This document shows, piece by piece, positions 1 to 25,096 of a DNA stretch of 64,000 nucleotides. Position 1 is the first letter of the stretch; the number at the start of each line of letters is the position of its first letter. Under the pieces are notes generated by a model. That model made no database searches. It was not told the origin of the DNA and saw only the letters and a list, made by a program, of their open reading frames with translations. Origin of the DNA: Chrysomallon squamiferum (lineage: Eukaryota; Animalia; Mollusca); the NCBI GenBank assembly GCA_012295275.1, contig CM022671.1, positions 2,356,001 to 2,420,000 of the forward strand, given 5' to 3'. Both the position numbers and the translations under genes were made by a program.

Positions 1-244
1 ATGAACAACTGACTCCAAAATAACCGTCTTTGCACTGTCCAGAACAGTTTCCAGTCACGCGATCACATTTGAGACAGGACTCAGGACATCTTCGTCTACA
101 CTGGATTCCTTGCCATCCATCTTCACATCCACTTTGACAGAATGTGGAAGAATGCTGTTTATATTAACCGGGTACTTTACAGTGAGGTTTCACTAAAGAA
201 TACACGGATGGTACAGTAAAGAGTAAGAGGAGAAGAACTCCCAT
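1..244 (-). pseudogene. B-type signal peptide + EGF exon (copy B0), in-frame stop, runs off window start
   Basis: ATG at 244: MGVLLLLLFTVPSVYSLVKPHCKVPG*YKQHSSTFCQSGCEDGWQGIQCRRRCPESCLKCDRVTGNCSGQCKDGYFGVSCS. TAA at 164-166 where R1 has GAA. Paralogous to 7433-7760 and 24742-25096. Confidence 0.85.
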
Positions 245-858
245 GTTTTTACATCTTTTGTTTATACTTCTGAAACAGCAAAATGTCAAGAAATGAAAGA
301 TGTGTTTCAATTAAGTTGTTCTATCTTCTTCTTTTTTTAAATTATTTGTCTGGGAATTCTATCGACTAATTACATTTAATTTTAAAGTTATTATTTTAAT
401 TTCAAATTCAGTTATCTCCTAATTAAAGTACCTAATTTGTTTAAATTTTGTCAGTGACAATAATCTCATGAGGTAACATGTTTTAATTAGTTGCTAATAT
501 CCACTTTCTTCTAATAATTAAATTATACTGTTATTAAAGTGTCACATATAACATATGATATAATAATTTATTTGCATAAAATGATATTATGAAAAGAAGG
601 CAGTGGTATAGTAATGTTAAACCAAATGTCTACCTCCGTACATTTATATATAAAACCATACAAGTTTATCCCTCTGACGAACAAACTAACAAAAAAGAAA
701 AAAAAAAGAAGAGAAAACAGAGGACAGTATAATTATATTTACATACTAGTTGCACATACACACAGAAACAACACGTATTTATTGTAGCATCAAGTCAGTA
801 AGCTGTAATGTATAAGAAATTTTACTTATAATATACAAATTCTGCTGTAGTCAGTACA

Positions 859-891
<33 letters not shown>

Positions 892-951
892 TAAATAATG
901 TAAAACGTATATTCCTGTAACGAAACACCCAACAATAGCTCGTTTTGTTTA

Positions 952-1063
<112 letters not shown>

Positions 1064-1686
1064 TTTTTTTATATTCGAACGAAATTAAATGGCATTAAGT
1101 TCGAAAAAGTGAAATAGATGATATACGAGTTTAGTTTTTAAGTAGTAAAGTAATGTTAATCTAAAGGTTTTTACCTTCATAAATATAAGAAATGCATACA
1201 CTTATATTCCTCTGTCGAAATAACTGTGTTTTCTAATCAGATCCTGGTATTAGTGTAATCATTAAATATATCTACTTATGAAGCAGTAAGACACTATTCA
1301 AAGTAATTCACAGTCGTCTCAATAAAGCAATAGCGGTAACAACTGTGCACAAGAACGGCTTGCTCTGATTAGCAGATTTTTTTTTCAGTCAGTCAGTTAA
1401 GACGACAAAGCTGACATTTTACTTGAGTGTATACATGCACAAACAGTCCTGTAACGAAACACCTAACAAAAAGTCCTTTGTGTAAGTCAGGTTACCGTTA
1501 CCACGTACGTATCTGATAACGTCTGCAGGTGACAGGCTACAAGTATGAATTCGAGTTCTTTTATGTCGTCCCCAGAGTATTAATTAACGGGAATTCTTTT
1601 TTCTTTTTCTTTTTTTATTATTAATATTATAATAAATACAGAAGTACAATATTTGTTGTAAGGAACCCCCTTTTTTTATGTATATA

Positions 1687-1719
<33 letters not shown>

Positions 1720-1846
1720 TTGTGTGTCTGTGTTTTAAATATTGAGTAAATAAATAAACATAATGAAATAAAAATAGCATTCATAAAAAAACTTTCAGTT
1801 AACAATTTACTTATTTTCAAGATAATAAAGAAGTAAAGACAAAGGA

Positions 1847-1890
<44 letters not shown>

Positions 1891-2524
1891 AATAACAAAA
1901 AAAACACGTTTACCTGCATATGTAAATATCTGTAAAATCTTGAAAAAAAGTGGTTACTATGTAATTGACTAGTCTCCATGAAATATGATTAAAAAAATAC
2001 AGCGAGAAAGATTAGAAGAAATAATAAAATACGGGGGATTAAAAAAAAGAATGAAAAGAATTAAGAAAGAAAAAGAAAAGAAAAAAGAGAGACACAAAAG
2101 AGTAAAGGAAGAACGATTAAAGATGAATAAAGTATTTTAATTAATTTACAAGACCTGTAAAAACATAACTGTCATTCATATAATGTATTATACTGATTGT
2201 TATATAAACGTAATGAAAATAGTATTCAACAGAGAAAGAAAGAAATGAATTATTATTATTATTATTTCAGAGGGCAGAAGACTACAGTTTTTTTAACTAA
2301 CATTATATGAAGAAAGAATAAGCAAGAGAAAATAGAAAACTGATAAGGAAAATATATAAGTGATAAAATAAGAACTGTGATACAAAAATATATATGTTGA
2401 ACGAAAAAAAACTGTATTTATTTTGGCAGACTTAAATGTGGAATGGGATGACAGCTATAATCAGACAAACAGACAAAATGTTTACGAATCAAAGTATTTC
2501 CTTTTATTTATTCATTGTTTTAAG

Positions 2525-2620
2525 ATCAAAACTGCGCTCCTGGAAAGTTCTGTCACGTAACATTTTGATGAATACCCGCATCAACTATGTATTTTCTTAT
2601 TTAAACTGCATATTTAAAAA
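2525..2620 (+). pseudogene. Orphan remnant of the C-type last (hydrophobic) exon
   Basis: ttaag|AT CAA AAC TGC GCT CCT GGA AAG TTC TGT CAC GTA ACA TTT TGA resembles 12938 (NNSAPVKFCHVT) and 33792 (DHSSAPANFCH). No upstream EGF exons found. Confidence 0.55.
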
Positions 2621-5037
2621 ATATAATAAATAGATTTTTTTTTTTTATTATTATTATTTGTTTCTTTGTTTGTTTTACTATCTTCATATAGTTTAATTCT
2701 AAATAGATTTTATCAACTCTTCTTATGGATGTTTTAATTTTTAATTTTTAAGCATATAGTTTGTTTTTAACAAGACTTTTCTTAGGCATATCCAAGTCAT
2801 TTTTTCGTTTTAAAATGTACTTATACTCTTTTCTGAATGCAGTAAATATTCTGTACCATACCATATGTTAAATAATTTTGATGCTTTTTATTATTTGTGT
2901 TATATTTATAGAGTAACCTATATTAAATATATTTTTGTAGACCATATTTAGCCTTTTTTATTTAGTTTTCAACATATTATTACATATTTGACTACGTTTT
3001 TTTGTTATGACTGTTATATATATATACATATAAAAGTGACATAATAAAAACGTGTTTCGTATATAAAAATATGTTGAAAAATATCAAAGAAAGGCTCCGT
3101 AGAAATATATATATATAATCAGTTTTGTTGTCAGATCTTTGTATTGAAGAACAAATAACGAACATTTCTGTGCAGTGGTCGTAACTCCCCGAGAAGAAAG
3201 ATTTCTAACAAAACAAATGTATTTTTCTTTATATTCTGAACAGAGGTGCAACACATTTCTGGAGAATGTTGATGACTTTTTATTGAATAGCTGACAGTAA
3301 ATAAATAAACCTTTCATTCATTAATTGCATTATCGACAATATCATTTTAGACTCGTTTGCTTAACATTTGGTACAAGTCTAATAATTCATGTAGATATAT
3401 CAATAAGACAATTAAAACATCGCTGTCAAATAAAGCATTAAAGTAATTGGTTCAGGCATATTTTATTTCTACTGTCTTAACCTGAGCGAATGACCTACTG
3501 TGTTACATGGGCATACAAGGTCGGTGTTAAACCATTTTTAGAAATATATTTATTATATAGACTCATACCAAAGCATCAATAAAGACCATCAGTTATTTAT
3601 TAGTTTCACCATATTATAGAGTATGAGATAATTTTTAAATATATAGGAAAAAACCCCAGTTTGTTTGAACCTTTCAGCAGACGCGTATTTAAGGTAAGGA
3701 AAGTATAGAAGTGTCCTGGATGACACTTGAATGGGTGTGTCACAGAGCAATTTGTATTAATTTTAACTGGTATTTTTTAGCTGACTTCAGCGCTTGCCAT
3801 AGGCACTATTTTCCATAGATATACCCCTGCCATTTAGCAGTGCAGAAACGTACCATTAGTTTGAATATAATTCTCCGGCACTTGGAAAAATATCACTGAG
3901 TAATAACTGTATTAATCTGAGCAGTACTGGCAAACGAATATCTCTATGAAAAAAAAATATATATAAGATGAATAATAATAATAATAATAATAATAACTGA
4001 AAACCCCTTCTCTATCAACACTTCACTGAACAAAATTACATTTCTGAATTATATTAGTAAGAGTTGTATATCAAGTGTTATAGGAATGTTCACACCATGG
4101 AGAACATTTAATCATATAGAAAATTATCTATGAGATGTATATAATGTGTCACACATAAATTCTGAAATGTTACGACTTGCTATACGGCTCATAATTTTGA
4201 ACTTGAATTAAATTAATAATTAAATAAAAATAAATAAATAAGTAAATAAAAAAGAATGAGCAAACAAATAAACAAAAGCAAATAAGCAGACAAACTAACA
4301 AAGAATGAAATAACAACTGACGTCAGAAAAATTAAATGATTTATTAATAACATTAACAGTTTTATAAACATCCAAATAAATAACAACAGCAATTAAACAA
4401 AACATTTCGAACATATTAAATCTTAAATAGTTAGTATAACTTCGAGATTACAAACAAACTATGTTATTGCATTAAAATAGCAATTTGATTATGATTGCAA
4501 ATAAAAGTGAAACCAAACTTGTTGATAATAACTATATCTATATGTTGTGAAAAGCAACTATATTTATTTGACGACTTTTCGAGAGCTGAAAATATTTCTG
4601 TGCATAGTAAAGTTTCTACAGTTACATTTCTAACTAATCAAGAGATTTATATTATGTCCGTTTTCAGTGATTTAGATTAGCAGATGACCAGCGTAAAGAC
4701 AATATCGCATTCCATGTACTTTGTTAAATCAGTCATGTTGCTCTGTCTGGAATGGGAGATAGTGTAGTAATGCTCACTAAGGAGGACTGGCCCAGCGACC
4801 TATCACAACAGCAATTGCTTGTTTTCGTTTTTCGTATTATTCATTTCTTTCATCTTTTTTTTTCTGTGAAAGTAATACATGAAAAAAAGGTTTAATAATT
4901 AAGTAATATGTGAAAAGAGAAGATTAATGTTTGCAAGTATTACATTGGTCTATGTATTTCTATGTTTTTTCTTCTTTTCTTTTCTTCTTCTTCTTCTTTT
5001 TCTTCTTCTCCTTCTTCTTCTTCTTCTTCTTCTTCTT

Positions 5038-5112
<75 letters not shown>

Positions 5113-5236
5113 TGGAGTATATTCCTAAAATATTCTTCTCAAGACGCAAGCAATCGCATGTTGAACACATTCTTTATCTCATACTTTCTTTTTTATTCTG
5201 TTTTCTTTTTTCTGTTTCTCCTTTCTTTCTCGTTTG

Positions 5237-5728
5237 TCATGAAAGTTCTGGAATAAAAACATCTTCTACAATAGGATGCAAATACATCTGGTTGTTGTTG
5301 TTGTTGTTGAAACATAACGGAATTTGCTCAGAGTTATTTGATGAAATGTCCGAGAAACTCTCTAACTGAGATTCATTAATTTGATCATAGTGATCAGTAA
5401 CCGTTGATGTGTTACCAGACAAAGAAACTGATTCAGGTGCTGAATTCGGTTCTTTATGTTGAGCGTTCTTCCATTTCCTGTAATAAAATAAATATTCATT
5501 TGCACGTATATACAGAGAGATAAATAGAGAGTGTGAGAAGAGAAAAGAAAATAATCCATATAGATAAAATAGCATTAGTATATGTGTGTATATATATATA
5601 TATACTCATTGATTAATTTAAGATTTTTAGTCTGAAGATACTTTATTTTCTCTCCTTTGTGCATTAACTAAATCTGGCATATCTAACACTAGCGTACTAA
5701 ACAAACAAACAAACAAATAAATAAATAA

Positions 5729-5771
<43 letters not shown>

Positions 5772-7760
5772 ATATAAAAATAAATTAATTAATTAATGCA
5801 TAAGTAAATAAAATAAGCATATCATGAATAATAAATACACGATGCATATAAAGGAAATCCTTCATACATGCAAACACGCAGAGTACGAAATATGTATTCA
5901 TAAAATGCCGTATAGATGTCTCAGTGTAAATCTCAATTAAACTAACAAAAAATCGAGCGCACATATTATATTTATTACACAACTGCAGTATAATTTATAA
6001 CAACTTACTTGCGTATAACATAAGCAGCTAAAGGAACAATGATAAACAGACTGAATGCAATAATTAATTCAAATTTTGTCGCGTAACCTACAAATACAAA
6101 AAGAACCTACAAAGAAAAAGAAAAAAGAAAGAAAGAAAAGAAGAAGAAACAGAAAAAGAAAACCTACAAATTAATCACACGAAGTTCATGAGTGCTATAC
6201 ATCAGTATCATTTAACAAAACGAATAAACTTAAATATGGATAAAATATTTCTTACTAGAAATACATATAGTAAAATCCATAAAAGAAAATGAACGTATAT
6301 ATTAACAAAAATCTATGAAGAGGTTTTAATACTCATTGTAAAAAACAACAATTGTAACAAAAAAAATTTAAGATTGGTATTTTCATAGAATATTTTATTT
6401 GCATATTATCAATAGTATCTGTAACTTAACATATTATGCCATTATATATTTTACCTTCAGGTTTCGGAAACTTTTGCAGACAGCGACTGCCGGTCCATCC
6501 AGGATAGCAGCCATCAGGACACGTTCCATCATTTTCACAAATTTGTTTAATACAGTTTTTACTACACTTCTTGTTACATGTGTCACCATATCGTCCATCA
6601 ATGCATCCTTCGGAACATTTTGTTCCCATTTTGTTGCAAGTTCCATTTCGACATCCTAAACTGCATTTCTTCTCACATCGGTCTCCAAACCATCCTTTAA
6701 CACAACCATATAAACACTGCCCTGTCTTTGGGTTGCAGGAAGATCTGTTAATGTTATCGTTACAATTCTCTGAACAGCGATCTAGACAATAGTCACCAAA
6801 ATAGCCTTCTCTGCACACGTGACAAATTCCTGTTTGTTTTTGGCAGCCATATTGGTTGCAGTTGTTACACTCTAATTTACACTTGGGTCCGAACCAACCA
6901 GGATGACAGCCTTCAAGACACGTTCCATCATTTTCACAAAGCTCTTTAATACAGTTTTTACTGCACTTCTTTTCACATCGGTCTCCAAACCATCCTTTAA
7001 CACAACCATATAAACACTGCCCTGAATCTCGACTGCAGGAAGATTTGTTAATGTTATCAGAATTTAAAATACAATTCTCTGAACAGCGATCTGAACAGAT
7101 GTAACCAAAATACCCTTCTCTGCACTCGTGACAAATTCCTGATTGTTTCTCGCAACCATATTTGTTGCAATTGTTGCACTTGTGTTGACACTTGGGTCCG
7201 AACCAACCAGGACGACAGGAATCTATAAATAATGACCATGTGAATGTTTTCAGTGATAAACCTATTTTGATACTAGAAACGTTAATAATCCTCTATGTTA
7301 AAAGAAGTGAATTCTTATATTTGATACAGTTCACATTACAACACTTTTTCTAAATTGTAACAAATTATACAAATATATATGTTTCTTATATAATAGTCCA
7401 TGACTGAATAATAATTATGTAAAGTTACTTACTGGTGTTAGCTGATGGTGTTGTGGTTGTAGAATTAATACATTCGCCTTTAGCATCACATCTAGCACTA
7501 CAGTGGTGACAGGGAAATAAACAGTGAGTTCCAAAATAACCATCTTTGCACTGTCCAAAACAATTTCCAGTCTTGCGATCACATTTGAGACAGAGCTCAG
7601 GACATCTTCGTCTACAATAGCCACCGTACCATCCATCTTCACATCCACTTTGACAAACTGTGGAAGAATGCTGTTTATATTCGCTGGATACGTTACATTG
7701 AGGTTTCACTAAAGAATACACGGATGGTACAGTAAAGAGTAAGAGGAGAAGAACTCCCAT
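5237..7760 (-). CDS. R1: type I membrane multi-EGF receptor (MEGF10/CED-1/SCARF-like), ~471 aa if the stop-containing 41-nt exon is skipped
   Basis: Exons: 7760-7433 (signal MGVLLLLLFTVPSVYS + EGF + Thr-rich); 7222-6455 (768 nt, fully open, seven C..GW/YFG..C repeats); 6087-6009 (TM LIIAFSLFIIVPLAAYVIRK); [5682-5642, contains TAA]; 5477-5237 (tail KWKNAQ..DHYDQI..QMYLHPIVEDVFIPELS*). All GT-AG, phases compatible. Confidence 0.8.
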
Positions 7761-9159
7761 GTTTTTACACCTTTTCTTTATCCTCCTGAAACAGCAAAGT
7801 ATCAAGAAATGAAAGATGTGTTCCGGTTATGGTTTTTAGTTCGTTAAATTATTTTTTTATTATTCTTTCATTCGTTCTTTCATTTTTAGTTTCGGAATTT
7901 TGTCGACTAATTACGTTTAATTTTAAACTTTATTTCTTTAATTTCAAATTCCATAACCTCCTAAGTGATTTTCACAATTTGTTCAAACTTTTTCAGTGAC
8001 CATAATCTCATGAAATGACATTAAATAATTAGATTGAATTATTAAAGTGTCACATGACATAATAATTTATATACATAAAATAATGTTGTAAAAACAAGGT
8101 AGTCATTGATGAGAATAATAAAACTATAACATAATATTAAATAAGGATAACTTGCGCCTTTGAAAGGTTATCATACATAGAGCAATATAGTAAAAACGGG
8201 GTTTATAATCACTACAACTTAGAAAAATCAAAGAAACGTTCTGTCAATAGGAGGCCTATTACCTCTTTCTGTTTCAACATAATCTTATTAAAGGGAGATT
8301 AACAGTGTTAAACACCGATACAACTTTACGAATAACTATTTGACTATATAATTCAGGATACAAATATTTTTTATATATTAATACAGTCTTAATTTATCAC
8401 TATTTAACTGATGTCCACAAAATCATTAAATCAATCTTGTTCATAGTTTCTATTTAAAATGACACAAAAAGTCATTCAAATTAATCCCGATTTTTAAAAC
8501 CCTTTCTTAGTATATGTATTCTATGGTGTCTACTTACATTCATTTCGTTTTGGTATTTTGTTAGCACGTTTTCTTGAAACAAACCACTTTATTACATTCC
8601 TTATTAGGCACTGTCATTCCGTTCGAATTACTTTAATACTTTACACTATTTTCTTTTTATAAAATAACCAGTTAGAATTGTTAAAAGTTCCAGTCTTCAA
8701 TAAATTCATTATTTTATATCTTTCAAACAAAACTAAGACGAAGTTTCGCCATTCCTCGAAGTAAACGTTTAGGTAGCTTGTTTATCTCTCTGTCAATGTA
8801 CATTACTAACAATAGATATATAAATAACTATAAATATTTCCTCTGCCAATGTATTGACTGGTGTGTAGACAGTGACCCAAAGGTTTAATTAACTTGCTCG
8901 TTTAAGTTTTATATCAGACACAAAAAATAAAGTCATAATTATGTAATATCATCTAACTTATATTGGGATGTATCAGTACTCTTGTGTCCATTTCTAAGTC
9001 ATAGCTTTACAAATTTGGCTTTATATATATGCATAGGCTTATGTAAGTGTATCTGTGTATGAATATGTGCATATTAAATAAAGCAACGGAGAATATATAA
9101 AAAATATATTAAAAAGAAAACAAAGGACAAGATAGCTATATTTACATACTAGCTGTACA

Positions 9160-9210
<51 letters not shown>

Positions 9211-9548
9211 GCGTATTTATTTTATCATCAAGTCATTAAACTGTAATGTATAATAAATTAGTATTTTAGTTTTAATATAAAAATTCTGCTGTAGTCAATG
9301 AAAATAATAATAACTAAATAATTTTAAAACGTAGTACAAACAGAGAACTTCGTTTACATACGACATTAAATGTTTTAACAGAACGTGACTATCGTAGGCT
9401 TGCTCTGCTTAGTCCGCTAACTGGTTGTTTTTTTCAGTCAGTCAGTTAAGAAGCCAAAGCTGACATTTTACTTGCGTGTATGTATCACGTACACTCCTTT
9501 AACGGAACACTTAACAATACCTCCTTTGTGTAAGTGTTGGCTACCGTT

Positions 9549-9782
<234 letters not shown>

Positions 9783-10364
9783 AATATGTGTAATAACATC
9801 TAAAGGTAACAGGCTGTAAGTATGAATTCCAGTACTTTTATATCGTCCCCACAGTATTAATTAAAGGGAATTCTTTTTTTTTCCAAATAATATTATAACA
9901 AATATAAAGTGTGTAAGAATTAGAAATAGTATATTTGTTGTAGCGACTGAGTTTTTCTTGTTGTTCTTGTTTTTAAATATATCAGTAAGTAAATAAAGAA
10001 TGAATTAAAATTTACATTAATAAAAACCTTCAACTAACACGTTGTTTATTTTTATGAAGTAATTAAGGACAAAGAAGGGAGAGAAAATCTAAATAATTAA
10101 GAAGAAATAAAATAAGGAATAACACATTAAAAAGAAAAGAAAAGAAAAAAGGAAGAAAGAAAGATAGAAAGAAAGAAAAAGGAAAGAAACGAACATAGAG
10201 AGATGCAAAGGAGTAAAGAAATAAAGATTAAAATTCAATAAAGAAGTTTAAAAACATAACAATCATTCATATTATATATTACATTGGTTCTTTGTTGTAA
10301 TAACGTTATGAATAAGACGTATATAAATAAATAAATAAATAAGAAAGAAAGAAGAAATGAATTA

Positions 10365-10431
<67 letters not shown>

Positions 10432-11929
10432 TCAGATGCCAGAAGACCATATCGAACATTATATGAAGAAATAATAACCAAGAGAAAATATAAAAATCGT
10501 CCTTACGGAAAATATATAAAAGTGATTTAAAAAAAAGAAAAAAACAAAAAAAAAGTGAAGTGTTATTCAAAGAGAAACTGTATTATAATATTATGTTGTT
10601 GAAAGAAAACTATATTTGTGTGCCTGTGAATGTATATGAAATGCTTTTCTTTATTAACTAAAAAATAAAAATAAGACAAACAGGGATATATCTATGAATC
10701 AGTGTACTTTGATATTATTATTATGAATTAATATTTTCGAAACTGTTCTCAGAAATATTTTTATAGATTTCTTTTTAATGCTTCAGAATGTATGAAAGAT
10801 CTGTAATTACTATATTTTACATGTAAACTCAGTCTATCGGTGCACATACAAACATACAGACAGCTAAAGAGATAGCGATTGTTATTATTTCCTTATGCAT
10901 TTCCAATAAAACAAATCATTTATAATTGTTTTCAGTTTCTATTTTCATTTCCACGACTAAACAATATATTAAAAACAAATTTACTTCATATATTCAGAAA
11001 TACACTCTAATGTTACATACACACATAAAAGTAATCTGCTTATAATTGTTTCTCACGTGTAGGTATACACAGTTCTAGTGTTAGTATGTTAGAACATTAT
11101 AAAGAGTGTAAACACAACTGTAGTGTTAATATGTTAGTATATTATTACAGACAAAGAAGTGTAACTATATTAGTATGTTAGTATGTTATAGAGAAAACAG
11201 CTTAAAGACAGTACTTTTATTACTATTGATGTTTCAGAAGATTGTTTTAGAAAGGATATGCAGAGATGTTGTGTCATTGTAGTAGAATGTTATTTTAGAA
11301 AAGTGTAGGTACTTTAGAAGGTTATTATAGAAATAAAAGCTCTATCCTTCCATTTTTAGTTAGCTCTTTAATCATTCTTTCGGTATTTTCTCTTTTTATT
11401 ATTATTATTTACTTCTTCAGTTTTCTTTCTTTCTTTCATTTAGAACATACGTACACTTCTTATTCACTTACTTGTGAAGTGCTTAGATGTAGCAGAAAGT
11501 GGAGAAAAAAAAAGAAGCATTTTCTCTTTGTAAAGAAACACGAAGAATGAAAACTGCAGTTTTATAATTTAACAAACAAGACTTAGATTTATGATAATTT
11601 TCACATTTGTTCTAAAGTAGATTGTTTTAGCATTGGTAAACTGGTGTTTAAAGTAAATAGAAAATCGCGAGTAATATTATTAACATCTACGTAAAAATCA
11701 TGCTGTACTGTGCAGTTGTCTAAAGATATTCACTCGTGTGAAATGTGAGTCATTTTATACAAATTATATATTACGTTAACAGGTCCATGTAAAGTATTAT
11801 TTGTTAACTACCCATAACAGACTTGTATAACCAGATTAACAGATAAAAGGTCTTTTCTGAGGACTCCTTGAATGTTTATCGAGAAAAGGCGATATTTCTA
11901 CTTGCTGATCAACGATCTTGTTATTTTGT

Positions 11930-11986
11930 TTTATAACTGAGCTGGGTGACAAAAAGAAAAGTTCTGCGACATCTTTTCTTTACAAC

Positions 11987-12080
<94 letters not shown>

Positions 12081-12794
12081 ATGTACTTATCTGTAATTAT
12101 GATCAATAAATGATAAAAATGATTGGGTAATTATATTAATAACTGTACTGATAAAGTTAGCGATCATAATGAATATGCTATTTTTGTCATTGTAGTGACA
12201 ACTTCAATACTAACATAAGAACAGATTTTATAGCATTAATGAATAAAATAGGTTTATTATTATTGTTCTTGGCTAGTTTTTACTCTCTTTTTTTACTTTT
12301 TTTCTCCCCAAGAAATTTATCAAAAAACCGACCATTTGCGTAGTTTATCTACTTGGTCATACAACTGTTTGGAATGCAAAGGACAATGTAAATCATGTTT
12401 ACCTGGCTGGTACGGAGACAACTGTACAGACCAGTGCAACAACTGTGATTTCGCCGGTTATAACAAAACAACAGGTATATATTTTGAATGCAAAAATGGT
12501 TTCTGAGGAGAGAATTGTACAAAACGTTGTTTGAGAAACTGTTCATCAACCATTCCATACGAATCCGTTTGTGGTCGCCAAACAGGGGAGTGTCTCGATG
12601 GCTGTAAGAAAGGATGGTGGGGGAATTTTTGTAATGAAACATGCAGTAAAGTGTGTCTGAACGGAGAATGTTTCTATGATGCGACGTGTCACTGTCAACA
12701 TGATACACACGATGCTGTGTGTCTCAAGGCTGAGAGGTCACATGTCAATACAGGTGAGTAAAATGTAATTTAGTTAAAATTATGTCTGTGTTCA

Positions 12795-12826
<32 letters not shown>

Positions 12827-13040
12827 CTTCTTGTCTCCTAACAAAGTTTTTAAAAAATTCTTTGTTTATTTAATTTTTTGTTTTAACTTTCTTCTGTTTT
12901 TATTTCTTCCTTTCCTTTTCTAATTTATTTTGTTACGGTAACAACTCTGCTCCTGTAAAGTTCTGTCACGTGACTTTGTTCATACTGATTAATATGATGC
13001 GGTGCTGGCTTGTAAACATATAGGACCTTGTCATAGTTGT
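11930..13040 (+). pseudogene. C-type multi-EGF receptor pseudogene (C1), paralog of R3
   Basis: EGF exon 12313-12753 has TGG>TGA at 12504-12506 and lost cysteines (FAGYNK, TGIYFEC versus VDGCNK, TGICYNC in R3). Relative to R3, the sequence jumps from 'ctgggtgac' to intron-2 'aaaaagaa..gttctg', deleting the ATG/leader exon and exon 2. Hydrophobic exon at ~12938-13038. Confidence 0.85.
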
Positions 13041-14152
13041 AAGTTGGTTTTTAATGTATCCTTTGTCGTTTGTTTTTGTTTTCTTTTCTTTTTTTTCATT
13101 TCTGGTATTTATTACAGTAATCATCATGATTAAGGTCATTATTATTAATTAAATTATTATTATTATTATTATTATTAATTATCTTTTTCTGAGACAGATA
13201 TTATTTAATTTTGTTCCTTTTTATATATTTATTAAATTGTTGTTGTTATTGTTATTTTACTTATTTAATAATAATTGATTTTTATATTTAAATCTCTGAC
13301 AGTATTGCAAGGACAACAGCCTCTGTGAAAAAAGAAGAAAATACATAAAATGTTATTCTGTGAGACAGCTGCACATGTCTACTGTTCTGAACAATGTGGA
13401 ATTGTGTCATTTGTGGTGATTCTTTCCACGTTCCATAACTCTGAAATCTTATTTTACAGATTTATGATAATCCAGTCACTGTTTATTCTTCCACTATCTG
13501 CTGAATCGTGTTTGATATTTCGTGTTAAACAGCTTTGCGGGGAGATAATCCTTGCAATGCCTACCTATGATAAACAATTACTTTCTAAAATGGTAATCTG
13601 TGACAGACTGTAGAACATTTGTACATTATACACTAACTTATAACGAAAAGAATAAACGGTTAAATAGAAATCTAGTAATAGCGAATTCAATACTATAAAT
13701 TTTGGCCTAATATGAATAAAACGATTCTCTATATTTGTATAATCAGTCTAAAGGCAAGATAAAAATCCAGAATGCGCAAACTACGTGTAGATATAAATAC
13801 TAAATAAATAACAAAATAAATAGAAGACGTAACTCAAATCAATTTGACATAAATATGTAAATGCATTTATTGATACATAAAACAGCAAAAACAGATACAA
13901 GTGTGTACATTACCGAAAACTTAAACTGAAGCACATAACCAGATATAAATACAAAGTTCATATATTTTCTGATTTATAAACTTGGCACAACGTAATTAAT
14001 TCGTACTAAAATCTAAATAGCTCTAGACATTCAGCACAAATATTTAAAACTACATACACAACTAAACTATTTTAAATCACAAACATTCTGAAACAAGTCG
14101 CTTTCTTCAAAACAAACCTTGCTTTGGATGTATATATAGTCAAAGAAGGATA

Positions 14153-14451
14153 ACTTGAACACTGATTCCTGGAGAAATGGAATACAACGTTAAGAAAAGT
14201 TTAAAGTTACTTCTGTTTAATTGCTGAATGAGAGTTTAAAAGAGTATTTTGAGAAGAATGTTCATTGAATATATATATTTGTGGATGTACTTTTCAAATG
14301 TACAAACATATTTAAATTCATAACTTGTCTTGTAATGTATTTATAAATTAAATAATCGTTCATTTTTAATTATGTATCTACGTAATAGATGTTATGCAAT
14401 AAACTAGTCAATACTATTATTTATTTTATTCGAATGAAAAAAGGTATCACT
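14153..14451. repeat. Left arm of ~300-bp inverted repeat (partner 23503-23815)
   Basis: Reverse complement aligns by eye at high identity, e.g. 'taacttgtcttgtaatgtatttataaattaaataatcgttcattttt' versus 'aaaaatgaacgattatttaatttataaatacattacaagacaagtta'. Confidence 0.9.
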
Positions 14452-14591
14452 TTAATTATTTTTACAGTATATAATCTATAAATATGAGGGGAAAAAAGAA
14501 AAAAAGAGAGAGAAAAATATGTATTGGAATATTATGCATTAATTGACATCCGAAGACGGCTGGATTCAGGACATTATGAAAGGAACTCTTT

Positions 14592-25096
<10,505 letters not shown>

